Below, piece after piece: positions 27,846-36,196 of a stretch of 42,951 nt of DNA. The DNA comes from a bacterium BMS3Abin15 (lineage in GTDB: Bacteria > Patescibacteriota > Minisyncoccia > Moranbacterales > 2-12-FULL-40-10): contig BDTH01000076.1 in assembly GCA_002923195.1 (NCBI GenBank), forward strand, positions 1 through 42,951. The letters are read 5' to 3'. The translations under genes were made by a program, and so were the position numbers. The notes beneath the pieces were generated by a model. It searched no databases, was not told the DNA's origin, and saw nothing but the letters and a program-made list of their open reading frames with translations. How positions within the stretch are numbered: the first letter of the stretch is position 1; each line of letters begins with the position of its first letter.

Positions 27846-27876
27846 CGTATATTTAATTAAGATTATCTATATCAAA

Positions 27877-27906
27877 AAAGAGCGGTGATGACCGCTTTTT
27901 TATTTT
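27877..27906 (+). terminator. Intrinsic terminator of the two-component cluster
   Basis: AAAGAGCGGT-GATG-ACCGCTTTTTT. Confidence 0.8.
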
Positions 27907-28117
27907 AAAATTTTTCAAGATGCGATTTTTACCAATAGTGGGGCGCAGTATAACGATGTAATGACGGTTCGATTCTGCTTATCCTGGTACGTTGTAAAAC
28001 TTTTTAAAAATACGGTATAATTAAAGCAGTTAAGCTATATTTGGGCTTGGCTTCAGTATAGCTTTCCGTGTTTTTTTTAAACAAGGAATATCGGCCATAA
28101 ATTGGCAAGGAGGAGAG

Positions 28118-28336
28118 GTGACAATAAGTGAAATATTTGAATTAGGATGGCTTGTGATAAAAAATATTTTCGTATCATTCTTTGGGCCTATTGCCGAGAT
28201 GATATGGAGCCTAACCTATTCCTTCTGGTATTTATTGATTGAAACCCGTGATCCAGTACTTGTAGCTCTCTTGATTGTTCTGGCTTTAGTTACAGTGGTT
28301 GTTGTTTTTGAAAAAACTCCAAAGAAAACACAGTGA
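28118..28336 (+). CDS. Small hydrophobic hypothetical protein
   Basis: AGGAGG SD before GTG; 72 aa with a C-terminal TM and basic tail. Confidence 0.55.
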   Translation: MTISEIFELGWLVIKNIFVSFFGPIAEMIWSLTYSFWYLLIETRDPVLVALLIVLALVTVVVVFEKTPKKTQ

Positions 28337-28357
28337 GCGACAAATTGTCGCTCACTG
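28331..28357. repeat. 27-bp palindrome with perfect 13-bp arms, overlapping a stop codon
   Basis: CAGTGAGCGACAA-A-TTGTCGCTCACTG; no U-tract on either side. Confidence 0.75.
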
Positions 28358-28384
28358 CATCTCAAAATTTGAACAATTTAAAAT

Positions 28385-29092
28385 ATGACCGACCTTAAAT
28401 TTTTAAGAAAAGAATTAAAATTAAAATCTGATCCAAGGAGAGCGAAGCTCTTGCAGGGATTTTTCAAGACTGGTCCTGGCGAATATGGAGAAGGAGATAT
28501 CTTTTTGGGCATTACTGTGCCAGAGGTGAGAAAAACCGCAACCAAATTCAATGAATTAAAATTTTCAGATGTAAAAAAACTACTGGGATCAAAAATTCAC
28601 GAGGAGCGTCTGACAGCCTTGCTTATCCTGGTTCATAATTTCAACATAGGAAATGAAGCTGAACGGAACAAAATATTCAAATTTTATTTAGCCAATACTA
28701 AAAACATAAATAACTGGGACTTAGTGGACTTATCGGCGCATAAAATAGTGGGGGAACATATCCTAGATAGATCAAGAAATATATTATACAAACTAGCCCG
28801 TTCAAAAAAATTGTGGGAAAAAAGAATATCAATAATTTCAACGTTTGCGTTCATAAGAGACAACGAGCTTAAGGATAGCTTAAAAATTTCAGAAATACTG
28901 CTTAATGACGACCATGATCTAATCCACAAAGCGGTTGGCTGGGTCTTGAGGGAGGTGGGAAAGAAGTCATTAGCAACGGAAGAAAAATTTTTAAAAAAAC
29001 ATTATAAAAAAATGCCCCGAACGATGCTAAGATACGCCATAGAAAAGTTTCCGGAGAAAAAAAGAAAAGCTTATTTAAAGGGGAATATCTAA
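28385..29092 (+). CDS. DNA alkylation repair protein (AlkD-like)
   Basis: FFKTGPGEYGEGDIFLGITVP, INNWDLVD, IHKAVGWVLREVGK, PRTMLRYAIE. Confidence 0.9.
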   Translation: MTDLKFLRKELKLKSDPRRAKLLQGFFKTGPGEYGEGDIFLGITVPEVRKTATKFNELKFSDVKKLLGSKIHEERLTALLILVHNFNIGNEAERNKIFKFYLANTKNINNWDLVDLSAHKIVGEHILDRSRNILYKLARSKKLWEKRISIISTFAFIRDNELKDSLKISEILLNDDHDLIHKAVGWVLREVGKKSLATEEKFLKKHYKKMPRTMLRYAIEKFPEKKRKAYLKGNI

Positions 29093-29108
29093 TTTTTTTA
29101 ATTGTATC

Positions 29109-29555
29109 ATGAAAACAGACTTAGTAATTGCAGGATATATTATTCATCAAGATAAAGCTCTGCTTATTCATCACAAGAAGCTGGACTCATGGCTTCCTGT
29201 TGGCGGGCATATTGATGAAAATGAAACACCCGACCAAGCATTGCTCCGCGAAATTAAAGAAGAAGTCGATATTGACGTAGAAATACTTAATAAAAGTGAT
29301 ATTCCTTTAGGCGGTAACACCAAGCGCAATCTTGCTACGCCTTTTTGTGTTAATATTCATTCAGTTGGAGACCACGACCATTGTTGTTTATTTTATGTCT
29401 GTAAAGCTATAAATCCGGAACAATTGAAAATAAATGAGGAATTAAAAAATTTTAAATGGTTTACGAAAGATGATTTAAATAAAAATCATGTTCCTGTTGA
29501 TGTAAGAAACATATGCTTAAGAGCTTTTGACTTATACAACAGTTTTTCAAAGTAG
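29109..29555 (+). CDS. NUDIX hydrolase
   Basis: Nudix box GGHIDENETPDQALLREIKEEVD. Confidence 0.9.
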   Translation: MKTDLVIAGYIIHQDKALLIHHKKLDSWLPVGGHIDENETPDQALLREIKEEVDIDVEILNKSDIPLGGNTKRNLATPFCVNIHSVGDHDHCCLFYVCKAINPEQLKINEELKNFKWFTKDDLNKNHVPVDVRNICLRAFDLYNSFSK

Positions 29556-29605
29556 CACTTATCTAAAACGTTTAGCTAAATTTAATTAATAATTAAAATA
29601 AACCT

Positions 29606-29968
29606 ATGAGCTTATTAAAGCAATGGATTATAATCTCGCTGGTGATTTTTGCTGTCGCCTATATCGCTCCCGGAATAATGGTGGCCAATTTTACCACTGC
29701 CGTAGTTACGGCGGTAATTTTGGGACTTATCAACGCTTTCTTGCGTCCAATACTCATAATTTTCACGCTGCCCATTAATATTTTGACCTTGGGACTGTTT
29801 ACTTTCGTCATCAATGCCTTATTGGTTATGCTGACTGATAAATTAATCATAGGGTTTAGCGTGGCCAGCTTCGGGTGGGCGCTTATTTTAAGCTTGATAC
29901 TTTCTATCGTTAATTTCAGCATTAGCCACCGGGGAGAGAAATATGACGCGGAGAAATTCGGCAGTTAA
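29606..29968 (+). CDS. YvlD/'phage holin 4TM'-family membrane protein
   Basis: GLINAFLRPIL..TLPINILTLGLFTFVINA signature. Confidence 0.88.
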   Translation: MSLLKQWIIISLVIFAVAYIAPGIMVANFTTAVVTAVILGLINAFLRPILIIFTLPINILTLGLFTFVINALLVMLTDKLIIGFSVASFGWALILSLILSIVNFSISHRGEKYDAEKFGS

Positions 29969-29983
29969 ATAATAGTACATACC

Positions 29984-29997
29984 TTAGTACGTACTAA
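29984..29997. promoter_or_regulatory. Perfect 14-bp palindrome, candidate operator of the AbrB-like gene
   Basis: TTAGTACGTACTAA, 3 nt before ATG 30001; extra half-site TAGTAC at 29973-29978. Confidence 0.55.
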
Positions 29998-30000
29998 AAA

Positions 30001-30165
30001 ATGAAAAAATATATTAACAAGCTATCTAAAACTTCGAAGTATAGTTATTATCTTGTAATTCCCAAAGAAATTATTGACAAGTACGGCTGGAAAGAAAAAC
30101 AGAAGCTAGTCGTTAAAGATAAGGGAAGGGGAAAACTTGAAATACACGATTGGAGGAGAAAATAA
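30001..30165 (+). CDS. AbrB/MazE/SpoVT-family small DNA-binding protein (not in ORF track)
   Basis: Manual translation MKKYINKLSKTSKYSYYLVIPKEIIDKYGWKEKQKLVVKDKGRGKLEIHDWRRK; S-Y-x-x-x-IPKE-I...GW pattern. Confidence 0.8.
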   Translation: MKKYINKLSKTSKYSYYLVIPKEIIDKYGWKEKQKLVVKDKGRGKLEIHDWRRK

Positions 30166-30195
30166 ATTATATTTTAAGAATTGCAGCCTGATTTT

Positions 30196-31836
30196 ATGTC
30201 GCATATAAATGATTTTTTAGCCAGTGTGCATTATTTAAACCACCCGTATCTCTCCGGTTTGAGCGCGTTAATACTTTTGTCGTTGGGTGTTTTTGTTTTT
30301 TTAAAAAATAAAAAATCTGAGCTATACAGGGTCTTCTTTTGGTTGAATTTTACAATTGGCGTTTGGTTTTTTGGCAATGCTTTAGTTATGGCTAACTTTA
30401 AGAATACTGATCTTGCGATTTTTTGGTTCAAGGTTGCCTATGTGGGAGCGATCCTCATCTCCGCAACTTATTATCATTTTTACCTAGCTTACTTTAAAAG
30501 AAGCAAAACGGTTCTTTATTACTTTATCTATGCTATTGCCGCGTTAGAAATTGTTTATTTGTGGTTTTTTGCAGACCTAAAGCCGTTGTCTTATGTTTTG
30601 CCAAATGTAGGTTTGGTTTTTCCATGGATATCACATTTTTCCTATCTTTTAATTTTTGACATGCTTAAGTACATTGTCATTTCAATAGCGGTAGCAGTGT
30701 CTTTTTTAAAAGTATGCAGAAAAGAGATAAATTATTCTAAAAAGGATCAGTTGAAATGGCTAGCAATATTGTTTTTTGTACTCTCGCTCGGCGCGCTAGA
30801 ATGGATAACAGTATTTAATATACCGCTCCATATGGCGTGGATAGTAGTGCCCATCTTTTCCGCGTTTATGGCCTACGCCATTCTCAAATACCAGCTAATG
30901 GATGTAAAGGTAGTAATTAAGAAAGCTTTCTTCTACTCAATAGGAATGGCATTAGTCAGTTGTTCTATTGTAGGCATAAGCTTCCTGGGAAGTTGGTTTG
31001 CAAAAAACATCCCCGGCTTTCAGTTTTGGATAGTGCCAGCGGTTGCTGGATTTTTCGCCTTTATAGTTGGTAACATTTTCTGGCAAAAATCAAAGCAGGT
31101 GGAAAAAGCTTATGCAGTGGAAAAACAGGCTCGTGAAGAACTTCAAAATCTCGGTGAAGTGAAGGATCAATTCATTCTTGCTACTCAGCATCATCTGAGA
31201 ACGCCGCTAAGTATAATAAAAGGGTATCTCTCTACGGTTCTGGAGAGTAATAGTATTAATTCTGAAGATAGGCAACATTTGGACAGAACCCTGGAATCTA
31301 CAGATCGGCTTATAGGTACAGTCAATGAACTTCTGGATGTTGCTCAAATAGAAGTCGGGAAAAAGACTCTGGACATTAAACCTATTAATATAAAAAAATT
31401 GATAGAAGAAATAATTGGGGAACTTAGCAATGAAGCTAAGGAAAAGAATATTGAAATTGAAATATTTCCCAATAAGGATTGGCCCGATGTTATGGCTGAT
31501 AAGGAAAAAATTAAAATAGCGCTTACTAACCTCATTGATAATGCTGTGAAATATACTAAAGAAGGGGAAATAATAATAATGGGCAAAAAAACAAAAGACT
31601 GTTTCCAGATATCCATTAAGGATACGGGCATTGGCGTTGATCCCAAAAAAATAAAGACTATATTTTCCAAGTATTTCGAAAGAGGTAAAGAGGCCAAGAA
31701 AATATTCACCACTGGCAGAGGCATTGGTCTTTTTATCGCTGCCAATATAATTAAAGCTCATAATGGAAAAATCTACGCTAAGAGCCAAGGTGTCGGTAAA
31801 GGCAGTGAATTCATTATAGAATTACCAATAAAATAA
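30196..31836 (+). CDS. Multi-TM (HisKA_7TM-like) sensor histidine kinase, paralog of 22186-23793
   Basis: QHHLRTPL, NLIDNAVKYT, DTGIGV, GRGIGL; start set to ATG 30196 (TTG 30181 possible). Confidence 0.92.
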   Translation: MSHINDFLASVHYLNHPYLSGLSALILLSLGVFVFLKNKKSELYRVFFWLNFTIGVWFFGNALVMANFKNTDLAIFWFKVAYVGAILISATYYHFYLAYFKRSKTVLYYFIYAIAALEIVYLWFFADLKPLSYVLPNVGLVFPWISHFSYLLIFDMLKYIVISIAVAVSFLKVCRKEINYSKKDQLKWLAILFFVLSLGALEWITVFNIPLHMAWIVVPIFSAFMAYAILKYQLMDVKVVIKKAFFYSIGMALVSCSIVGISFLGSWFAKNIPGFQFWIVPAVAGFFAFIVGNIFWQKSKQVEKAYAVEKQAREELQNLGEVKDQFILATQHHLRTPLSIIKGYLSTVLESNSINSEDRQHLDRTLESTDRLIGTVNELLDVAQIEVGKKTLDIKPINIKKLIEEIIGELSNEAKEKNIEIEIFPNKDWPDVMADKEKIKIALTNLIDNAVKYTKEGEIIIMGKKTKDCFQISIKDTGIGVDPKKIKTIFSKYFERGKEAKKIFTTGRGIGLFIAANIIKAHNGKIYAKSQGVGKGSEFIIELPIK

Positions 31837-31859
31837 TTTATATTGTATAATTACGTATT

Positions 31860-32570
31860 ATGAGTAAATTAGTTTTTGACATCGAAACGGTCGGAGAGGA
31901 TTTTGATTCACTAGATAAGACCACTCAGGAGGTATTGACACGTTGGATTAAGAAGGAGTCAGTAAGCGATTCGGAATACAGGATTTCTCTTGAAGACTTG
32001 AAAAGCGGAATGGGTTTTTCGCCCTTGACTGGCGAAATTGTGGCCATGGGTGTTTTAGATGTGGAGAAAAGCAAGGGCGGAGTATATTACCAGGCGCCGG
32101 GCGAGAAAGTTGAAAATTTTGAAGAAGATGGAATAAAGTTTGAAGCGATGAGTGAAAAAGAGCTACTGGAAAAATTCTGGAACATAGCGGAAAAATACAC
32201 GGAATTTATCGATTTTAACGGCAAAAGCTTTGACGTTCCTTTTATAATGGTTAGGTCGGCTATTCACAAGGTCAAACCCTCAAAGAATTTAATGTCTAAC
32301 CGGTATCTGGGAAGCCAGAAATTTGATGCCAAACACGTGGATCTTTTGGATGAATTGACTTATTACGGAGCGGTGCGAAGAAAGGGAGGGCTGCATCTGT
32401 GGTGCCGGGCCTTCGGCATAAAAAGTCCCAAGGATGAAGGTGTAACCGGTGATGATGTAGGAAAGTTATTTAAAGAGAAAAAGTTCGCTGATATTGCCAA
32501 ATACAATGTAAGAGATCTCTATGCTACCAAGGAACTCTATGAATACTGGGATAAATACATAAGATTTTAA
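31860..32570 (+). CDS. PolB-like 3'-5' exonuclease (DEDDy, RNase H-like fold)
   Basis: ExoI FDIET, ExoII FNGKSFDVPF, ExoIII YNVRD. Confidence 0.85.
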   Translation: MSKLVFDIETVGEDFDSLDKTTQEVLTRWIKKESVSDSEYRISLEDLKSGMGFSPLTGEIVAMGVLDVEKSKGGVYYQAPGEKVENFEEDGIKFEAMSEKELLEKFWNIAEKYTEFIDFNGKSFDVPFIMVRSAIHKVKPSKNLMSNRYLGSQKFDAKHVDLLDELTYYGAVRRKGGLHLWCRAFGIKSPKDEGVTGDDVGKLFKEKKFADIAKYNVRDLYATKELYEYWDKYIRF

Positions 32571-32599
32571 TAAAATAAAAATATAACAAGGAGGTGTTT

Positions 32600-32773
32600 G
32601 TGAGAGAGACGAAAGTTTTTTACGGTTCAGCAGTAGAAGATTTGCGGATAGCTTTTTTAAAAAATAAAGATGTAATAACAGGGGATCTGGCAGTAGGTTA
32701 TTTCAACCCCGAGTCTCAACCTCCGCCGTTCGGATCACCCTCATGGGCTAATGATTACGGGATAGACGATTGA
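32600..32773 (+). CDS. Small hypothetical protein (57 aa; not in ORF track)
   Basis: AAGGAGGT SD then GTG; MRETKVFYGSAVEDLRIAFLKNKDVITGDLAVGYFNPESQPPPFGSPSWANDYGIDD. Confidence 0.5.
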   Translation: MRETKVFYGSAVEDLRIAFLKNKDVITGDLAVGYFNPESQPPPFGSPSWANDYGIDD

Positions 32774-32792
32774 AAAATAAAGGGAGGTATGT

Positions 32793-33263
32793 ATGCTCAT
32801 AAAAGCATTAACCATATTGGCAATGTCAGTTATATTGATTATTTTCTCTTGCCCGATTTTAATAGCCGGTGAGGAAGAAATATTCGCTATGACTGAATGG
32901 AAAAAGGTCATCGACCTTGCAGAAAAAGAAAATACTAGATTGAGAAAAGAGGTCGAGGACGTTACTGATCTATTAGAGGGGAAAATAATTTGTGGCACCA
33001 ATGTTGTTGTTCCCAGCGCTAAGGTCAAAGACGAACTCACGGTTATCCTAAGCGAAGCAAAGAAGCTTATTGCTCAAAGTAAGCAAATGACTAATAATGT
33101 TTCTGTTGAAAACGAAACAGACCTCATGGATTTATCTGATAGGATGTCTAAAAAACTATTAATTGCCAACAACGGACACGTAATGATAGCGGAGGATATA
33201 AAAAAATTCAAAAGCCTTCCTCTGTGCGACAAGGCAGAAACTATTAAAAAATTGCGGATCTAA
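32793..33263 (+). CDS. Hypothetical secreted/anchored helical protein
   Basis: GGGAGG SD, N-terminal hydrophobic signal, 156 aa. Confidence 0.65.
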   Translation: MLIKALTILAMSVILIIFSCPILIAGEEEIFAMTEWKKVIDLAEKENTRLRKEVEDVTDLLEGKIICGTNVVVPSAKVKDELTVILSEAKKLIAQSKQMTNNVSVENETDLMDLSDRMSKKLLIANNGHVMIAEDIKKFKSLPLCDKAETIKKLRI

Positions 33264-33304
33264 TTTCCCAAGGAGTTCTTATAAGATAAGAGGAGGAGTA
33301 AAAA

Positions 33305-33475
33305 ATGAAAAAAGACCCATTAAAGAAAGCAGTTGCTGCGGCAAAGTCATTTGAAAACACTCCGGCAGTTAAGGGCTATGGTGGTAAAAAAATAACAGGG
33401 GCGGTCTTTACGAGGTCTACAGCGGAGTCAGGTGAATTGGCAAGGGCAATTAGGAAGGCAACAGGAAAGGAATGA
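33305..33475 (+). CDS. Small basic hypothetical protein (56 aa; not in ORF track)
   Basis: GAGGAGGAG SD; MKKDPLKKAVAAAKSFENTPAVKGYGGKKITGAVFTRSTAESGELARAIRKATGKE; followed by a terminator; similar to 36329-36505. Confidence 0.65.
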   Translation: MKKDPLKKAVAAAKSFENTPAVKGYGGKKITGAVFTRSTAESGELARAIRKATGKE

Positions 33476-33482
33476 ATGTTAT

Positions 33483-33518
33483 TCAGCGCAATTTTAACAA
33501 ATTGCGCTGATTTTTTTT
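33483..33518 (+). terminator. Intrinsic terminator
   Basis: TCAGCGCAATTT-TAAC-AAATTGCGCTGA then T8. Confidence 0.85.
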
Positions 33519-33540
33519 AGAGTGTTATAATGATTAGACT

Positions 33541-34746
33541 ATGATAAAAACACAAGAACCATATACTCCTCTGGCTGATAAAATGAGGCCTGATAGCCTG
33601 GAAGACTTTTTCGGCCAGGAAGAATTAGTGGGAAAAAGCTCATATCTTAAAGGCGCTATTGAGACGGATCAGGTTCCGTCGATGATTTTTTGGGGTCCGC
33701 CGGGAAGTGGCAAAACCACTCTGGCCTCAATAGTAGCTAAAAAAACTGATTCGGATTTTCTTCAGCTTAGTGCAGTAACTAGCGGAGTAAAGGAGATAAG
33801 AAGCATAATTGACAGGGCTAAGGAAAATAAAAAAATAGGCAGAAAAACTGTTTTATTTGTTGATGAAATCCATCGCTGGAACAAATCCCAGCAAGATACT
33901 CTGCTTCCCCATGTCGAACAGGGAGTAATTATTTTAATTGGAGCCACCACTGAAAATCCCAGCTTTGAAGTGATTTCCGCTTTACTTTCGCGGGCCAGAG
34001 TTTTTGTTTTGCATAAATTAAGCGCTGGCGATATCGAAAAAATAATTCAGCGGTCGCTAAAAGATAAAGAAAAAGGGCTAGGAAAAGAAAATATCAAAAT
34101 AAATGAAAAAATAACAAAACTTATTGCCCAACTGTCTAACGGAGACGCCAGGGCAGCGCTTAATACTTTAGAATCTTGCGCCAATCAGAATAAAAAGATC
34201 ACGGAAGAATTAGTAAAGAAAGTTTTGCAAAAGTCGCATCTATTTTATGATAAAGGAGGAGAAGAACACTATAATATTATTTCCGCTCTGCACAAATCAA
34301 TGCGCGGCGGGGATGCTAATGCATCACTTTACTGGCTGGCCAGAATGCTGGAAGGCGGCGAAGATCCTATTTATGTGGCTCGCCGATTGGTACGATTTGC
34401 CTCAGAAGATATTGGGCTGGCTAATAACACAGCTCTTATTCTGGCCAATGCCGTTTTTGATGCTTGCCAAAAGTTAGGAATGCCGGAGTGTAATGTTCAT
34501 TTAGCACAGTGCGTAATTTACTTGGCAAAATCTAAGAAAGATATTTCCGCTTATCAGGGATACCATGAAGCCAAGAAAGACGTGGAAAAATTAGGCAACC
34601 TCCCCGTTCCTCTGCATATCAGAAATGCTCCAACGAAATTAATGAAAGATTTAAAATACGGAAAAGATTATAAGTACACTCCTAAAGAAGATAGTTCGGA
34701 GCAGGAGTATCTTCCTGAAGAAATAAAGAATAAGAAATATATTTAA
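33541..34746 (+). CDS. rarA: Replication-associated recombination protein A (MgsA/RarA AAA+ ATPase)
   Basis: PLADKMRP, WGPPGSGKTT, FVDEIHRWNKSQQD, GATTENPSF, YNIISALHKSMRG, ASEDIG, VPLHIRNAPT. Confidence 0.95.
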   Translation: MIKTQEPYTPLADKMRPDSLEDFFGQEELVGKSSYLKGAIETDQVPSMIFWGPPGSGKTTLASIVAKKTDSDFLQLSAVTSGVKEIRSIIDRAKENKKIGRKTVLFVDEIHRWNKSQQDTLLPHVEQGVIILIGATTENPSFEVISALLSRARVFVLHKLSAGDIEKIIQRSLKDKEKGLGKENIKINEKITKLIAQLSNGDARAALNTLESCANQNKKITEELVKKVLQKSHLFYDKGGEEHYNIISALHKSMRGGDANASLYWLARMLEGGEDPIYVARRLVRFASEDIGLANNTALILANAVFDACQKLGMPECNVHLAQCVIYLAKSKKDISAYQGYHEAKKDVEKLGNLPVPLHIRNAPTKLMKDLKYGKDYKYTPKEDSSEQEYLPEEIKNKKYI

Positions 34747-34755
34747 ACTTTTTAA

Positions 34756-34787
34756 TTTACTTCAGTATTCTAGTATACTAAAGTAAA
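34756..34787. promoter_or_regulatory. Imperfect 32-bp palindrome upstream of ddl (copy 1)
   Basis: TTTACTTCAGTATTCT-AGTATACTAAAGTAAA; contains -10-like TATACT (34774-34779). Confidence 0.55.
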
Positions 34788-34793
34788 AAATCC

Positions 34794-35894
34794 ATGAAGA
34801 GATTAAAAATTAGTTTGATATTCGGGGGTAAGAGCGGGGAGTATGAAGTTTCTCTGATTTCAGCCCGCTCAATTTATAACGCTCTGGATAAGAAAAAATA
34901 TAATATAAAATTAATTGGCATAGACAAATCTGGTATTTGGCATTTAGGTAATTCAAAAAACTTTTGGATCAGCCCGGAAAATCCGGAAAAAATAAAGCTG
35001 AATTTAAAAACTCCGAAAATTACAGCTGTAAATAAAAAAGACAAAGCATATTTAATTGATTTAGAAAACGGAAAAAATATTACGGACATTGATGTATTTT
35101 TCCCGATTACCCACGGTACTTTCGGGGAAGATGGTTGTTTACAGGGGTTCTTAGAGCTTCTGGACACTGCCTATGTCGGTTCGGGAGTCTTGGGATCATC
35201 AGTGGGAATGGATAAGGATATAATGAAACGCCTTTTTATAGAGGCCGGAATTTTAACCTGCAAATTCCAAACTCTTAATAAATCAAACGTAGGCAAAAAA
35301 AACATCAATAATATTATAAAGAAATTAAAATTCCCGATATTTGTAAAACCAGCCAATCTCGGTTCGTCAGTGGGAATTTCCAAAGCAGGTGATAAAAAAG
35401 AACTGAACAAGGCGATAAAGAACGCTTTCCAGTATGATAATAAAATTATCCTAGAAGAATGTGTTAATGGACGAGAAATTGAATGTTCTGTTTTAGGGAA
35501 TGAAAGGCCTATTGCTTCAGTTCCCGGAGAAATAAAATTAAAGCGTGGATTTTATTCATATGGCGCGAAATACATTGACGAAGATACGGCCGTTCCGGTG
35601 CCAAGAGCGGACTTAACCAGGAAAGAAATTAAAAAAATTCAGGACGTGGCAGTAAAGATTTTCAAAACTCTGGGATGTGAGGGAATGGGAAGAGTGGACT
35701 TTTTCTTAACGAAAAATGGAAAATTGTATGCCAATGAAATCAATACTTTGCCGGGATTTACCAGTGTCAGTATGTATCCTAAAATGTTTGAAGAATCCGG
35801 AATTCCGTATCCAAAATTACTAGACAAATTGATTCAGTTGGGAATGGAAAGGAAAAGGAGAAATGATAAACTAAGAAGAGATTTTCATCTTTGA
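34794..35894 (+). CDS. ddl: D-alanine--D-alanine ligase
   Basis: FGGKSGEYEVS, HGTFGEDG, GMDK, FVKPANLGSSVG, GREIE, YSYGAKY, NEINTLPGFT. Confidence 0.96.
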   Translation: MKRLKISLIFGGKSGEYEVSLISARSIYNALDKKKYNIKLIGIDKSGIWHLGNSKNFWISPENPEKIKLNLKTPKITAVNKKDKAYLIDLENGKNITDIDVFFPITHGTFGEDGCLQGFLELLDTAYVGSGVLGSSVGMDKDIMKRLFIEAGILTCKFQTLNKSNVGKKNINNIIKKLKFPIFVKPANLGSSVGISKAGDKKELNKAIKNAFQYDNKIILEECVNGREIECSVLGNERPIASVPGEIKLKRGFYSYGAKYIDEDTAVPVPRADLTRKEIKKIQDVAVKIFKTLGCEGMGRVDFFLTKNGKLYANEINTLPGFTSVSMYPKMFEESGIPYPKLLDKLIQLGMERKRRNDKLRRDFHL

Positions 35895-36023
35895 AAATAT
35901 ATTTTATTTCCATTATACGACATTTTACCGCGATCGCGAGATATTGTCACAAATTATTTTTTTTAGCACGTTTTGTATCAGTCACTGCAAGATATATTTC
36001 TTGAATCTAAGCTAGATTTTATC

Positions 36024-36051
36024 CACTTCAGTATTCTAGAATACTGAAGTG
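36024..36051. promoter_or_regulatory. Perfect 28-bp palindrome downstream of ddl (copy 2)
   Basis: CACTTCAGTATTCT-AGAATACTGAAGTG; 24/26 identical core to 34759-34784. Confidence 0.6.
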
Positions 36052-36096
36052 CCAATCTTAGTATTAATAGAGAACCAATCTGTATTTTTGCCAATA

Positions 36097-36126
36097 TTGA
36101 CTGTTTAAAACGAAACCTGCTAGACT
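36097..36126 (+). promoter_or_regulatory. Sigma70-type promoter for the small ORF-pyrF-pyrE unit
   Basis: TTGACT, 18 nt, TAGACT with extended TG. Confidence 0.45.
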
Positions 36127-36196
36127 AATAGCAGTTTTTTGGTTTCTTAACAATGAAATATACGTTAACCCTAAAAATGTACAAGGGAGGTAAAGG

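Noticed and set aside
27935-27995. tRNA gene suggested by GGTTCGATTC (27966-27975)
   Set aside because: No proper T-stem, acceptor stem or anticodon arm could be built; at most a degenerate remnant. tRNAscan-SE/ARAGORN would settle it.
13863-29968. Prophage suggested by baseplate-J-like and 'phage holin' family genes
   Set aside because: The genes are 14 kb apart among housekeeping genes, with no integrase, terminase, capsid or tail genes; both families occur as cellular genes.
34794-35894. Vancomycin-resistance type D-Ala-D-Lac ligase
   Set aside because: The omega-loop YSYGAKY matches ordinary D-Ala-D-Ala ligases; no vanH/vanX neighbours.
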